A DNA stretch of 64,000 nt from Octopus bimaculoides (taxonomy: Eukaryota): the NCBI RefSeq assembly GCF_001194135.2, contig NC_068996.1, positions 33,150,171-33,214,170 on the forward strand, given 5' to 3'. The translations under genes were made by a program, and so were the position numbers. Shown here one piece after another: positions 10,511 through 25,699 of the stretch (position 1 is its first letter; the number at the start of each line of letters is the position of its first letter). The notes beneath the pieces were generated by a model that made no database searches, was not told the DNA's origin, and saw only the letters and a list, made by a program, of their open reading frames with translations.

Positions 10511-11926
10511 TCAATCATGATATATAGTATAATGTAAGGTGTGTATAGATGTGCATATATATATATTATTCATGGGTATGCATTTTTTATTAACTTTATT
10601 ATAATGTATTTCTGTTTTTAAAAACCATAAGAAGTGTATATATAAAGAAAATATATGTATTATTTTCTTTATTATATTGTATAGTAAGAACATATATAAG
10701 AAGTATATATCAGTACATATATAAACAGATATATGAGTGTAAAAAAATATACTCTAATGTTGAATAGATTTTGAACTCAACATATACTAATAGTGTTTGA
10801 AATGTGAAAGAATAAGATTCAGTCTGCACAAACTGAAACTAAGATTATTAGCATAAAACCATAAGAAATGTCTAGCAGCTTAAGAGAGGTATTTTTAATC
10901 AAGAATGAGAACGAGATTAGACATCTCTATACTGTGTAAAGCTTGAATAAATGTATAATGTTGTAAGAATTTTGACACTATTACCATTTTACATCTGTTT
11001 TTCCATGCTTGCATTGGCTTGGGCATTTCTCTCAAACCAATCATTTACACTTAGTTTTTTTTAGCAGCCATTAAACTACATAGTTGGGTACCTTGTTAGA
11101 ATTCTTCTGTATGTCATCAATGTAAATAGTGTTGCTTACTCTTAAGAATTTCTTTTGTATTGGCTCACTAGGAAGAGGCCGTTTGTGGTGTGCCTTCTTG
11201 ACACAAGCCCAAAGTGTCTCATCTAAGTAATTGTTTTTGATAATTAGTTATGTTATAACGTTTTCTGATACTTTCATAATTTAGTCCATCAGTTTGAAGC
11301 CACAGCTCTTGCCTCTTATTAAAATATCTTTTGTATGATTATAGCAGTTTAATTAATGATGCTGTAATGCCAGTCATTGGGAATGATCCATTGTTGTTGC
11401 AAGTGACTGTAGGTCATATTTCAGCAGATATTTTCAGAATCTCATCAATTATACTGTTAGTCAAACTACTTTCCCTGCCTTCAAATCCTTAATGTTCAGT
11501 TTTTACTGTAAACCTGTCAATTTCAACAGTTTGTCTTCCTTTGGAATTTACATAGAGTAGTTCTCTTGCAGACTCACTGAAAAATCAAGAGTGCTTATTT
11601 ACATGACCTAACTTAAACTAAAGGTTGTGGACTGTTCAAATGGCTTGTTGAAAGTAGGAAATGAATCGTTACATTATTGATAAGTACAACAGATAGGAGG
11701 AGGGTTATTTAAGAGAATTGTTATATCAGCTCTCTTTGGTTGTGAAACAGGCTGCTAAAGTAAAGGGTCTGGTACTGGATGGAATTTATTTCCATATGAT
11801 CCATTGAATGTGTAATGTAAAGTATGAATACAAGTCTGTTAGGGAAGAGGGAGAATATCAAAGACTTTTGAATGAAGTGAGCAATGGGGACAACTAATTT
11901 GAGTGTGTGATATATGTTACATGTAA

Positions 11927-13730
<1,804 letters not shown>

Positions 13731-14131
13731 TTTTTGACTATATATTAACGAAGTTGCAGCACCAGTTTGTATTAAGTTTTATCATTTATATGGCTGAATG
13801 TTCTTAATGTTTTTAATTGTAGAAATTAATATTTTTAATTGTGGAAAATAAGGAGATATGAAAGGATAACAATATCTAGAAAACATTTACAAACTATCTA
13901 TTATAAAATATATTTCTATCAATGCTGAGTTATGAGCAAAGAAAAGAATATATACTTTTCAAGCTCATTTCATCAAAATATGTCACTATAATTCTACAGT
14001 TGATTCTATTTTAGTAGGGAAACATTATCCATTGTTGATAATCACCTAAATTCAGCCATTTTCTTGTATTCTTAGAAATACCCAAAAGACTGCATATTTA
14101 AAATACTTAAATTATTATTTTTGTCTTTAAG

Positions 14132-14404
14132 ATTTCTCCCGAAACTAGTGAAATACTTGTTGAAGTGACAAGCTCCCGAAGTTTACCAATTTGCAAAAGT
14201 GTAATGAATACCTTGTTGATGGAAATTCTCAATTTAGGAGTTGGAGATCTGCTGGAAGGTGACCATAGTTCTGGTGACAAAGAACCGAATTACAAGCTAA
14301 TTGTTCAGCAAGTACGTGTCCTGAATGAGGATAGTTCTCTGTATGCTGTCTACCCATCTCAGGTAGACATCCAAGAAGACAGCATACAGGTGATACGAGA
14401 ATAA
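14132..14404 (+). CDS. LRRC47: LRRC47 terminal coding exon
   Basis: AG at 14130-14131, phase 0. Reads ISPETSEILVEVTSSRSLPICKSVMNTLL...LIVQQVRVLNEDSSLYAVYPSQVDI...VIRE*, matching the recalled LRRC47 C-terminal motifs EVTS-x-SL-x-ICK and V-x-QVRV...VYPS-x-x-D. Confidence 0.92.
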   Translation: MSPETSEILVEVTSSRSLPICKSVMNTLLMEILNLGVGDLLEGDHSSGDKEPNYKLIVQQVRVLNEDSSLYAVYPSQVDIQEDSIQVIRE

Positions 14405-16889
14405 AAGTGAGAATCTGGTTGTTAACTTCAGCAAATATTTTTGTTAACTTGGATATTACAATGAGTAATAAGTTAGGTGCTTTGTGTGTGTGTGTATAAG
14501 TAAACATACACATGTGTAAAAGTAAATACACACTAACAGAATTGAATTATTTTATTCCTATTGACAGTTTTAGTGTTCAGATATCCAACAAGATGTTATT
14601 CAGATTTCAGCTAAACTGTAATGTCACTTTGACTATAGGAAAGAAACTATCCATTTGTAGATCTTAAAAACAAGGAAGCCATTCCACAAAGCTCTCTAAT
14701 TCATACTGTTATGTTACAAGATGTATGTGGTAAATAAATGAAAATGTATATCTTGTAGACAAGATATACATGTAATTTTATAATTTTATTTTTCACTTAT
14801 ATATATCATTATCTCATTGTAGTTATTGTCATTACTTCCCCACATTTAAAAATAATAATCAAAATATGTATCCACTAGTTAGGTTTCAAATAGAATTGGA
14901 AACATGACATATTTTGCTTCAATAAAAACAATAGCTTTCACATTCTGGCAATTAACAGATATCATTTGGAAATTTTCTGAATTAAGTGTACTATTTCCCA
15001 CATATGCCATATATCATCAAGCATTCGAATTTGGTTGTTTTCACTTTGGTTTATAAAAATGCTATCTGCTATTTAGGTTGTCTTTGGGCCTTGGTTTAGG
15101 AAAGCTGACTATTTTGAGCTTATTGAAATTGTATCATCATCTGACTGGTGTCTCATTGCATGTTGTTTGAAGCATTTCTTCTATTTTGTATTTATATAAT
15201 TTTCAAGTATAAGATAATACCTTAAAGATAATACTATCTTCTCACTGAAGTTGTATTGTCATCCATCTTAAAATTTATCTGAATTAAATTTATATTGGTC
15301 AACATATACATTTTCTTTTCTAATGATAGAATGGAGAATCCCTATTATATATTCAAGAAGATACATTTGTTTAAATCTCTAATATACCATTATATTTGTA
15401 TCTAAATAGAAGTAGCTGTTCTCCAAAACATAAAATTAATCGTTACAGCACAAACAAGGAAAAAATTAAAATTAATGCTTTTATGCAAGAATTAAGTTTA
15501 CACTTTAAATATTACTCGAACTATAACTTGGTTACATTAATCTATCGTGAGCTTATTGAAGAATAGAAGTCCCACACAATTCATAGTGATAGGAATGCAC
15601 AGACATGGAAAAATAGATGTAAAATAGTAAATATGTGAATGAACTTGGAATTGTACTGTTTGTTTACTTTACTAAGTTTTATTCTTATTTTAAATATTAG
15701 TTTGTCTTTTTACAACAATTCCTTATGATGTTGTAGTCTTATTCATCAGAAGTATTACAACATTGTCAAGCTTTTAAGATTAACTCGTGGTATTTTACTA
15801 ATTATAAAGAAGATTAAGATAGTACTTGTTAAAATATGACTATAGGTACTGTCATTGACAAGAAAATTGTTTGGATTTATGTTTATCATATTCCTGATTA
15901 GAACATTTATTAATTCCATTCCTAATTCCAGTTCATGATTTTGAGAATAAAAACTTTTTTTAAGTAAAATTATGAAAATATTGCATATAAAAGGTAAACT
16001 ATTTGCTTGAAAGTTCTTGAAATCTGATTATTTAATCTTACTGTATTTCTGAACATTTACTCAAGTTGTCAATCATCTCTAATCTTCAGTACAGCAAATG
16101 TATTATGATGTAATTTCATAAATATTAAAGTTTACATGATAGTTAATGTGTTTGACTTGTCTTTCAAACTTCCAAGAAACATTGAAAATCTTTACAAATC
16201 CTTTTTTAAAATTTGTCTTTGAATGTTTCTTTTTTTTTTTTTTTTTNNNNNNNNNNTTTTTTTTTTTTTTTTTTTTAAGTATTTTCTTTAATCCTTTTGT
16301 TACCATATTTCTATTGATACACACTACATTTGTTTCAGTTAATTTTGAAAATAATGAAGAATTTAGTTAATTGACTTTGTCATCATTAAGCTGATGTTGG
16401 AACAGATTTTCATGAAATTTTGATGGCGAATTTTTATTTAGATCACTTTAAAGGAGTTTATTTCATAGAAACAGACAATTTCAGGTGGGTTGGTATCAAA
16501 AGGATTAGACTTGTTGAAGCCGTATTTTATGGCTAGATGTTCTTCATGTTGCTAATTCTTATTTCCAAATAAGACACTTATTCCTGTATTCTTTTGCTTG
16601 ACAATCTGCTCAACAGCTGCAAATTTTTACTACAGACACAGTGACATCAGAACTTGAACGCGGACATTGCTTTACACAAAGTATGGAAATAATGTCAGGA
16701 TATAAATGCACACACATGTACACACACACACACATACAGCTGTTGTGTAATTTCTATCTACCAATTCCACTATATTGTTCCATAGGGATTTTCTTTCATG
16801 CCCCATATGTTCCCATACTTAGCCATGATTCTCTCCTTGTCCTGTTTCTCATTCTTTGTCATGATTTCCCCAGTTATAAAGTCTTTCAA

Positions 16890-16921
<32 letters not shown>

Positions 16922-17369
16922 ACCTCACTAGTGGCTTCTTACTGTTATCTCTATTTCTTGTGGTGAAGCTGGCCATTGCTTGTCTGTGATATGCCCACTC
17001 ACCCCCATCACCAATACCAGAAATCTCTTCTCCTATACTGGAACCTTTACAGGACTTTGTCTCACCTCTGTACCAGAAGACTTGCATACCTCCGTCCCTC
17101 CAAACCACCTACTCTTTCCCTCTATATATATCATGAGCTAACCAATAGCAGCTCATTTACTTAATTTAAACATTGACTTATTTTACATTTGCAGCAGTAA
17201 TGCTTCTATTTACAACACGCATAACACTTATATTTACAATGCTTACAGTGCATTCACCCCCTATGGGGGCAACAATTTTAACATGTTTGAATGATGATAA
17301 GTTAGAGAACAACTGATGTGACACGTCTGTTATCAAATGATCACAAAAACTTTCTTTTCAGGTGCTGAA

Positions 17370-20300
17370 TATCATCACTCCTTCCCATATTCCTTCCCAC
17401 ATCTCTTTTCCCAGTTTTCAGAGTTGGCACTGTAAATGTAGGCACATTAAAAGGTAGGTCTAGCAAGATTGTTGAGATGCTTAACGGAGGCATATTGATG
17501 TATGTTGTATTCATGAGGTAAGGTGGAGAGGAGCTTCAGCCAGGTTCCTCACAGGCAAGACATATAGGTATAAAATATGGGAAGGTAACAGTGACAGGTG
17601 AGCATACTTCTTGCAGAGGAATGGATGGATAAGGTCATGGAGGTAGTCAGATGTGCGATAGAGTGCTTAAGCACAGGCTAGTTTTGCAGAATAATATAAT
17701 GACAGTTATCTCTGCCTATGCTCCACAAATGGGTCTACCAAATGAACAAAAGGACCACTTTTATGATATTGTTCTGCAGGTTACCTCAAATACGAGTGAC
17801 AATGATCTTCTCTTCATGGCTGCGGATTTCAATGGGCATGTCGTATGGCAGCCTGATATCCTCCGTGATGTACATGAGGGCCACTGATTTGGTTCCCGAA
17901 ATCAAGAGGGAACAAGGCTACTGGAGTTCTGTGATGCAAATAACCTTTTGATCTTCAACACCAATTTCAGCTACCTAATAACCTATCTATTAGGTGACTG
18001 TGCTAGCCAGATTGATTGCATTCTCACCAGACAGCAGGATGCATGGTTCCTCTTAAATACAAAGATGCTCTCCAGTGAAGAATGTACCCCCCCCCCCCNN
18101 NNNNNNNNNNNNNNNNNNNNNNCCCCCAGCATAGACTAGTTGTTAGTGACTTTAAACTCCAGGCCAGAAGGATGCCAAAAAGCAGACCAATCTGGAAAAG
18201 GACTTGGAACCTTAAGAACCCTTCATATGGTCAGAGATTTAGGGACATCCTAACTGAGAAATTTGATGAGAGATAGGAGAGGCTACAGACTTGTGACATA
18301 GAGGGCAACTGTGAATTCCTGCAGGACAATTTGCTGAGTACTACAGACCAAATGTGCGGATATGGCAAAGTCTCATCCAGACCTAGGGGAATGTGGTGGT
18401 GGAATGGTACTGTAGACAGGGTTATTAGAGCAAAAAAAAATAGGCCTGGAAGATGGAGGTAGCAGGGAACTGTCATATAGCCAGAAGGGAAACTAGGAAA
18501 CTGGTATATCTAGCCAAGCAAGAATCAGAAAAGAAGTTGGCCTTTCAGCAACATGAGAACCAAAGAACTGAAGTATTTTGGATTGCAAATTGTAATGTCA
18601 TAGGAAAGAAATGTGTCTGCATGGATGATGCTGCACTTGCATTTAATGATTCTGCAAAGAAAGAGGCTTGGAAATGCCATTATGAAAGACTGCTGAGCAT
18701 GGAGAATGAATGGGAGGAGAGTCTGCCAAATGTTGACCCAATTGAGGGACCAGCTACTTGAATCAACAGTACTCTGGTAGATAAAGCAATTGAGGATATG
18801 AAGAGAGGGAAAGCCCCCATCCCATCAGGAATCACCACTGAAATGCTTAAAATATCTGGCAGTGTGGGTTATGGTCTAGTCATCCGTATTGTAAATCAGG
18901 TGGTTCAGACAGCACCATAGTCAACTGATACAAAGGTAAAAGTGATGCCTTAAAAATATTTACAGAGGTATCAATTGTTGGATCAGGTGATGAAAGTTAC
19001 AGAGGGTCATAGCCCAACTAATTAGGGAGAAAGTCTAGATGAGATGTAGTTTGGTTTTGTGCCAGCAAGAAGCACCACTGATGCTATATTTCTGGTAAGA
19101 CGGCTGCAGGAGAAATAGCTAGCCAAAGATAAACCTCTGTACTTGGCTTTTGTTGACTTGGAGAAAGCCTTTGACAGGGTCTCCCAATCCTTTATTTGGT
19201 GGTGAATGCAGAAACTAGGATAGACAAGTGGTTAGTGAGAGCTGTACAGAGACGCTATCAGTAAGGTGAGGATTGGCAACAAGTACAGTGAAGAATTCAG
19301 GGTACATGTAGGGGTTCACCAAGGATCAGTCCTCAGTCCCCTCCTGTTCATCATAGTCATCCAGGTAATAACAGAGGAATTTATGACAGGATGCTCCTGT
19401 ATGCTAATGACCTTGTTCTTATAGCTGAATCACTACCTGAACAAGAGAAGTTCCGGGTATGGAAACAAGAATTAGAATCAAAGGGCCTTAGAGTCAACCT
19501 AGCTAAAACCAAAGTCTTAATAAGTAGGAAGGAAGACAAACCACAAATCCCTTCAGGTAGATGGCCCTGCTCAATCTGTAGAAAAGCGTAAGTAGAAACT
19601 CCGTATGATGTACCCAGTATAAGCTTTGGACACACAAAAGGTGCAGCAATATCAGAGGAAGGTTAACAGGGAAACTAACTTTTGTATATGGAAGATGTGC
19701 AGGTACAACGAACACCGAAAATGTACAGAAAATAGACTTCAGCAACTGCCAGGGGCTAAGCTAGAGGTAGTAAATAGCTTCTGTTATCTAGGTGACCAAA
19801 TTAGTAGTGGAGGTGAATGCTTGGAGAGAATAAGAATAGGTTGGGCAAAGTTCAGAGAGCTCCTACCTCTGCTAGCAACAAAGGGCCTTTCCTTCTGAGT
19901 GAAGGGCATGATGCCTCTATGTGAACAGCTATGCTACATGGGCTGTACCAGCCAAGGACATGCATAGACTTGAAAGAGATGAAACCAGTACGCTTCGCTG
20001 GATGTGCATGTAAGCATCTTAGACGAATGCATTGATATGGATGAAGACAGCTGTGTAAAGAAGTGCTGATATCTGTGTCAGAAACCTGTGCTAGAGGTAG
20101 ACCCAGGAAGACATGGGATGAGGTGGTGAAGCATGATCTTTGAACTTTGGGCCTCACAGAGGCAATGACTAGTAACAGACCTTTAGTGATATGTTGTGCT
20201 TGAGACTCGTCAAGCCAAGTGAAATCGTAGTCATGACTGATCTGGTGTCACATAACTGGCACGTAAAAAGCACCTTTCGAGTGTTGGGCCTCACGAAGGC

Positions 20301-20495
20301 AAGGACCAAGACCTTTGGCATTATGTCATGTTTGAGAAGACCCATCAAGCGAAGCAAAATTGCAGTTGTGGCATGTAAAAGCGCCCATTTCACTCTCAAA
20401 GTAGTTGGCATTAGCAAGGGCATCCAGCCATAGAAACCATGCCAAATCAAACTGAAGCCTGGTGCTGCTTGCCAGCCCCAGTCAAACCATCAAAC
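17370..20495 (+). mobile_element. Near full-length decayed RTE LINE (APE endonuclease, RT, 3' UTR)
   Basis: VGTVNVGTLKGR, TVISAYAPQMGL, MAADFNGHV, QIDCILTR, AFVDLEKAFDRV, LYANDL and YLGDQ motifs in order, with many frameshifts. Confidence 0.92.
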
Positions 20496-20510
20496 TCATA
20501 TATATATATA

Positions 20511-21192
20511 TAATTAATCAAAGGACATACTAAGTATGTCTACCTGCTGGAAATAACAGTCAAAACTCTTATTTAAATCACTAAAATACACTGATAATAA
20601 CTACAGAAATCAACCGTCCAAAGGCAAATGGGCCAAAACAATCTCTCAGCATACATTCAAGTATCTGGACTCATGTGGACCAGTTTCTGAACTGGCATAA
20701 TAGCCTCAGCTCATGTTACCATGTCTGTGCTGTAACTGATTCATTTTGTGCTGAATCATGGCCGCCACCAGTGCGAAAATAATTTCAATATGGAGCGAAT
20801 AAGTCATGTGAAAATAATTTGACTCTATTATTATCTAGTATAACAATTTAAAAATGATAATAGAATCAATAATATAGGCAATTGCAGGTCCAAAAAAAAC
20901 ATTAAATAGCTGATGGATTAAAATTAATCACACTGGTGGCAGCCATAATTCAGTACAAAACGAATCAGTTGCAGCACAGACATCAACATGATGGGTTGAG
21001 GCTCTCTATCATGGTAATGCCAGTCCATGTGATTTCAAATACTTGAATGTATGCTGAGAGATTGTCTTAGCCCATTTGCCTTTGGACGGTTGGTAGTTAT
21101 TATCAGTGTATTTTAGTGATTTAAATAAGAGTTTTTGACTTATTTCCAGCAGGTAGACATACTTATTATGTCCTTTGATTAATTTTAATCCT

Positions 21193-21228
<36 letters not shown>

Positions 21229-21370
21229 ACCTGCAATCGCCTATATTATTGATTTTGTTATTATCATTTTTAAATTGTTAACACTAGATAATAATAGTGT
21301 CAATATCTTCGCAAATCATTTTCCCGGGAATTTTTTTCTTGTGAATTATTTGCTCTGTATTGAAATTATA
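20511..21370. repeat. Interleaved inverted repeats A-B-A'-B'
   Basis: A 20511-20773 pairs with A' 20931-21184, and B 20774-20930 pairs with B' 21177-21370. The arms are similar but not identical. Confidence 0.85.
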
Positions 21371-21377
21371 TATAGCA

Positions 21378-21515
21378 CTCACTACACTCTAGTTGGTGTT
21401 AGGAAGGGCATCCAGTTGTAGAATCTTTGCCAGATCAGATTGGAGCCTGGTGCAGCCTTCTGGCTTGCCTGCATAGAAAGCGGACGTTAAATGACGATGA
21501 TAATAATTATGATGG
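21378..21515 (+). mobile_element. Short RTE 3'-end fragment
   Basis: cactacactct...ggtgttaggaagggcatccag...gcggacgttaaatgacgatgat. Confidence 0.8.
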
Positions 21516-22740
21516 TATATATATGTAAGGAACGACCGTGCAAACTCAAAAAGGAGAAATGGTGACACATGGAAAAACAGAGGACTCCTTTTATTTAAAC
21601 GTGTCACACGGTCGAATACACAAATATATATCAATGATGATATACGACGATAACATAGATGACCAGTAATGAAAGACCACAACCGTATAAGATGAATAAC
21701 AGAGATATTTATTGTAGCGTTAAAGATGTATGTCTGTGTGAGAGTGTGAATGCGACATATAAGAACATAATCAAAGACAGGCCGTCGTACAAAGAAAAGT
21801 GTGTATGTGAGTTATTACAGCAGAGAGAAAGAGAGTCAATAACACGTGAGCAATTATACCAGTTCTTTAGTACACTATAAGANNNNNNNNNNNNNNNNNN
21901 NNNNNNNNNNNNNNNNNNNNNNNNNNNNNNNNNNNNNNNNNNNNNNNNNNNNNNNNNNNNNNNNNNNNNNNNNNNNNNNNNNNNNNNNNNNNNNNNNNNN
22001 NNNNNNNNNNNNNNNNNNNNNNNNNNNNNNNNNNNNNNNNNNNNNNNNNNNNNNNNNNNNNNNNNNNNNNNNNNNNNNNNNNNNNNNNNNNNNNNNNNNN
22101 NNNNNNNNNNNNNNNNNNNNNNNNNNNNNNNNNNNNNNNNNNNNNNNNNNNNNNNNNNNNNNNNNNNNNNNNNNNNNNNNNNNNNNNNNNNNNNNNNNNN
22201 NNNNNNNNNNNNNNNNNNNNNNNNNNNNNNNNNNNNNNNNNNNNNNNNNNNNNNNNNNNNNNNNNNNNNNNNNNNNNNNNNNNNNNNNNNNNNNNNNNNN
22301 NNNNNNNNNNNNNNNNNNNNNNNNNNNNNNNNNNNNNNNNNNNNNNNNNNNNNNNNNNNNNNNNNNNNNNNNNNNNNNNNNNNNNNNNNNNNNNNNNNNN
22401 NNNNNNNNNNNNNNNNNNNNNNNNNNNNNNNNNNNNNNNNNNNNNNNNNNNNNNNNNNNNNNNNNNNNNNNNNNNNNNNNNNNNNNNNNNNNNNNNNNNN
22501 NNNNNNNNNNNNNNNNNNNNNNNNNNNNNNNNNNNNNNNNNNNNNNNNNNNNNNNNNNNNNNNNNNNNNNNNNNNNNNNNNNNNNNNNNNNNNNNNNNNN
22601 NNNNNNNNNNNNNNNNNNNNNNNNNNNNNNNNNNNNNNNNNNNNNNNNNNNNNNNNNNNNNNNNNNNNNNNNNNNNNNNNNNNNNNNNNNNNNNNNNNNN
22701 NNNNNNNNNNNNNNNNNNNNNNNNNNNNNNNNNNNNNNNC

Positions 22741-23075
22741 TCAAAGAGAAACTGGACCGAGACAAATTTGTTGGGTATGAGTTAAAGCTATTTATAACAA
22801 ACTATTGGCTCCCGATGGCTTCAGTTTAATACTCTATCACATGACCTTATTAGGGGCTGTGATTGGTCAGTTTGCGTTCTGGCGGGAACAGTTCGAAGAA
22901 GTTGCCGATTCGAATAATAATCAGTCACGTGATGACAAGGAATGGGTTCTCTACTACGCTCGCATTTATTTATATTTAAATGAGAAGATTGTATGTAATG
23001 GCGATAGTAGTTTGTATCTAATGGCGGGAGGTAGTTTTGTATGTAATGGCGATCGAGGTGTTAGAGACGATAGGT
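22741..23075 (+). promoter_or_regulatory. Candidate promoter and first exon (CpG-retaining)
   Basis: ATTGG at 22804 and 22862, TGGCGGGA at 22880, GTCACGTGAT at 22924, three AATGGCG copies (22997, 23020, 23045) and a donor-like AG|GTAGTT at 23074. CpG retention also extends over about 21530-21880 on the other side of the gap. Confidence 0.5.
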
Positions 23076-24237
23076 AGTTTCACTACATATATATATATAT
23101 TGTATCATAATTGCCAAATAGATTAATTGTACTACTGTGAAAGGATCCAAAGAAAATAAAAGTTGTTTGTCTCTTAAGTTCAGTAGCTGTTTCATTGTTA
23201 ATAGTCGAAAATAAAAATATGCATTTACAAAAATAGAAACTAACATTGTGGCCTGTTTGTACTCATTTAGTTAAACACTGTACATGAGTGTGTATGTAGA
23301 TGAAAGATAGGTAAAGAGATGGGGTGAATGAATAAATACAACTGTGTCCCTTTGCCATGGTTGATTTTATGTTAATCATTAGACGTTGCAGAATGTTCAT
23401 GCTGATCAAAACAACTGATTATCTGATACGCTGCTTGTTGTTTGCTACTTTTTATATGCCTTGTTTAGCTTAGCTTAACTGATACAATTTTGAATTCATT
23501 AGAATTTTTGCTGATAACAAAGAATTTGGGTATCACGAGGTAGATTTTTCATAACATCGCCACTCAGTTTGAAAGATCTTGTTTTATTGTTTACTAAAGC
23601 AATTGAAAAAATCCAGGTGCAAATTGAGACAGAGACCTGCTAGATTACTTCTCCATCAGAGAGTTGGTTACATAATGAACAAATCAATACATAAGTGTGG
23701 CAGGTTTTAAAGTGCATGCAAACGTTGTACTTAAAAATTGGATGTGCTGCATTGTAGGTACCAGGAAAGAGAATCTGAATTGTGGTATATGTGAATACAA
23801 GTGCATATTCAAATGCATCTGAATAGTGAAATTGCATGTACATGTAAGTGCAATATTCAAGTGAATCTGAATAAAGTGCAGCTGCCAATTTGCATTGCAG
23901 GGAGTTGAAAAAAAAAGCTATATTTTGAATCCATAGTATAAGAAAACTGGCAATTTTTGCATGTATTTAAGCAGTTGCCTTGAAGAAAATTAGAGGCACA
24001 TACATTCAGAAGCTTGAACCTTTCCCCATCAAATTATCCACACTAATCATTCTAATGGATTAAATGAACACAAATCTTATCTTCCTTCCCTCCGTACATT
24101 TCTTTCTCAAAGAGCAGTCATTTCACATTTAATTCCTGTGTTTATTACTCTCTCTAGATGGAGTACTTTTTTATTGATCCCACCAATAACAGAACATTAC
24201 AAAAGTTGAAGGTGGTGATGATGGATCAAGATACTTG

Positions 24238-24405
24238 GTGCAGGTATGCTTTGTGGCTGAAAAGTTTGCTTCCCAAACATGTGGTTTTGAGTTCAGTCCC
24301 ACTGTGTGGCACTTTAGGCAAATATTTTCTGCTATTAGCCCTGGGACAACCAAAGCTTTGGGAGTGTATTTGGTAGACAGAAAATGAGGAACCTATCATA
24401 TATAT
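24238..24405 (+). mobile_element. tRNA-derived SINE, 5' part (same family as 63477)
   Basis: gagttcagtcccactgtgtggcactttaggcaa...accaaagctttgggagtgtatttggtagacag. Confidence 0.8.
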
Positions 24406-24479
24406 GTTCATTTGTGTGTATATGAATGCGTGTGATATCCTGAAGATGAGCAGATTAGCAGCTTTATTCTTTGTGGGTC

Positions 24480-25690
24480 CTGAAGTGGTTTATTTGGCCA
24501 ATATTGACATAAATTCCACTGTTACAGTGGAGGAACATAATAATAGAATCTGGACATAGTGAGACTCTTACTTTCCATTTGGCCCTCCTCTAGTTTTTTT
24601 TATCATTTCTGGTTCTGAGTGCTCTACTCCAGAGTACACCAGACTGTGTCACAGTGAAGTGATCATGAGCAAGATGTTCTCAAGTAGACTTAAGTTACAC
24701 GTTTTCAAAGTCATCTTGAGAGTGTTTTATCTTTTCTTCATGATTGAGATCCAGTGCTTTTTCAACCAAGAGAATCTGTTTAGGGAGTCTGGTGCTGGGC
24801 ATTTATACTACATGTCCACTACATTGCAGCTGGAATTTACTTAGGAAAATTAGCTCTCTCTAGTACAGTTCTATTAGGAATTTCATCCTTCCACTTGATG
24901 TTGAAAATTTTTCACAGGAGGTTTGGTAAATGTGAAGGTTTTTTTAATATCTTTGTTTAACTGTCCAGATTTCAAATTCATAAAGTAGTGTAGTCATCAC
25001 AACAGCTTTGTATACATTAAGATTTGTGTATACCCCAGATTTTTGCCAAACCTTGTAATGAAGGCATCCAAAGGCAAAACCGACTTTTGCTACCTGCATT
25101 CACTTCATCATCAATGTGAACATTGCTTGACAGTATATTCCCAAATAGGTGAATTTCTCTACACCTTGGAGAGGCTGATTGTTGACTTTTAGGAGAAGTT
25201 AAATATAAGGTTTTCCAGGAGTGAGCTGGTACATAGCTTCTGTCTTTTGATACTGATTATGAAACTGAATTTATCAGAAGTTGTCTATGCCCTGTTGAAG
25301 ATTTGTTTCAGAATTTTCATTCATCTGCAAAAAGGAGTTCCTTTATGATAGTAATCCTGGTTTTAGCCTTTACTTTCAGGTGACTGGTAATGAAAAGACT
25401 ACCATTATATCTGTATCTGATCTAATGGTAAGACTACCATTATATCTGTATCTCCCATGAAATGCCTGACATTTCATGGGAGAATGTATCATGAAGCATT
25501 GCACTGAACATCAAGCTGAAGAGTGTGTTATAACACAACCCTGTTCCCCACCATTGCCAACAATGAAAAGTGCTGCAAATTCTTAAGACACAAGCTTGTA
25601 TATCATCATAAAATTGATGTCATGTTGATGAACTTGTCTCGGAAAACAAATTTCATTATTTTTCAGTGGCTTTGTCTGAATCTTAGCCCA
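24480..25690 (-). mobile_element. Decayed RTE-BovB-like LINE, RT C-terminal half, lacking the Cys-rich insert
   Basis: Minus strand GVEKFTYLGNILSSNVHIDDEVNA, QLQCSGHVV*MPSTRLPKQ, and upstream QGCVI- and ADKCYG-like remnants. Confidence 0.75.
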
Positions 25691-25699
25691 CGCATGCTC

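Noticed and set aside
11050-11600. Coding-like minus-strand remnant (DETLWACVKKAHHK)
   Set aside because: It is too decayed to assign to any transposase or gene family.
22805-23077. 90-aa ORF over the candidate promoter
   Set aside because: It has a non-ATG start and no recognisable motif, and is better explained as regulatory or 5' UTR sequence.
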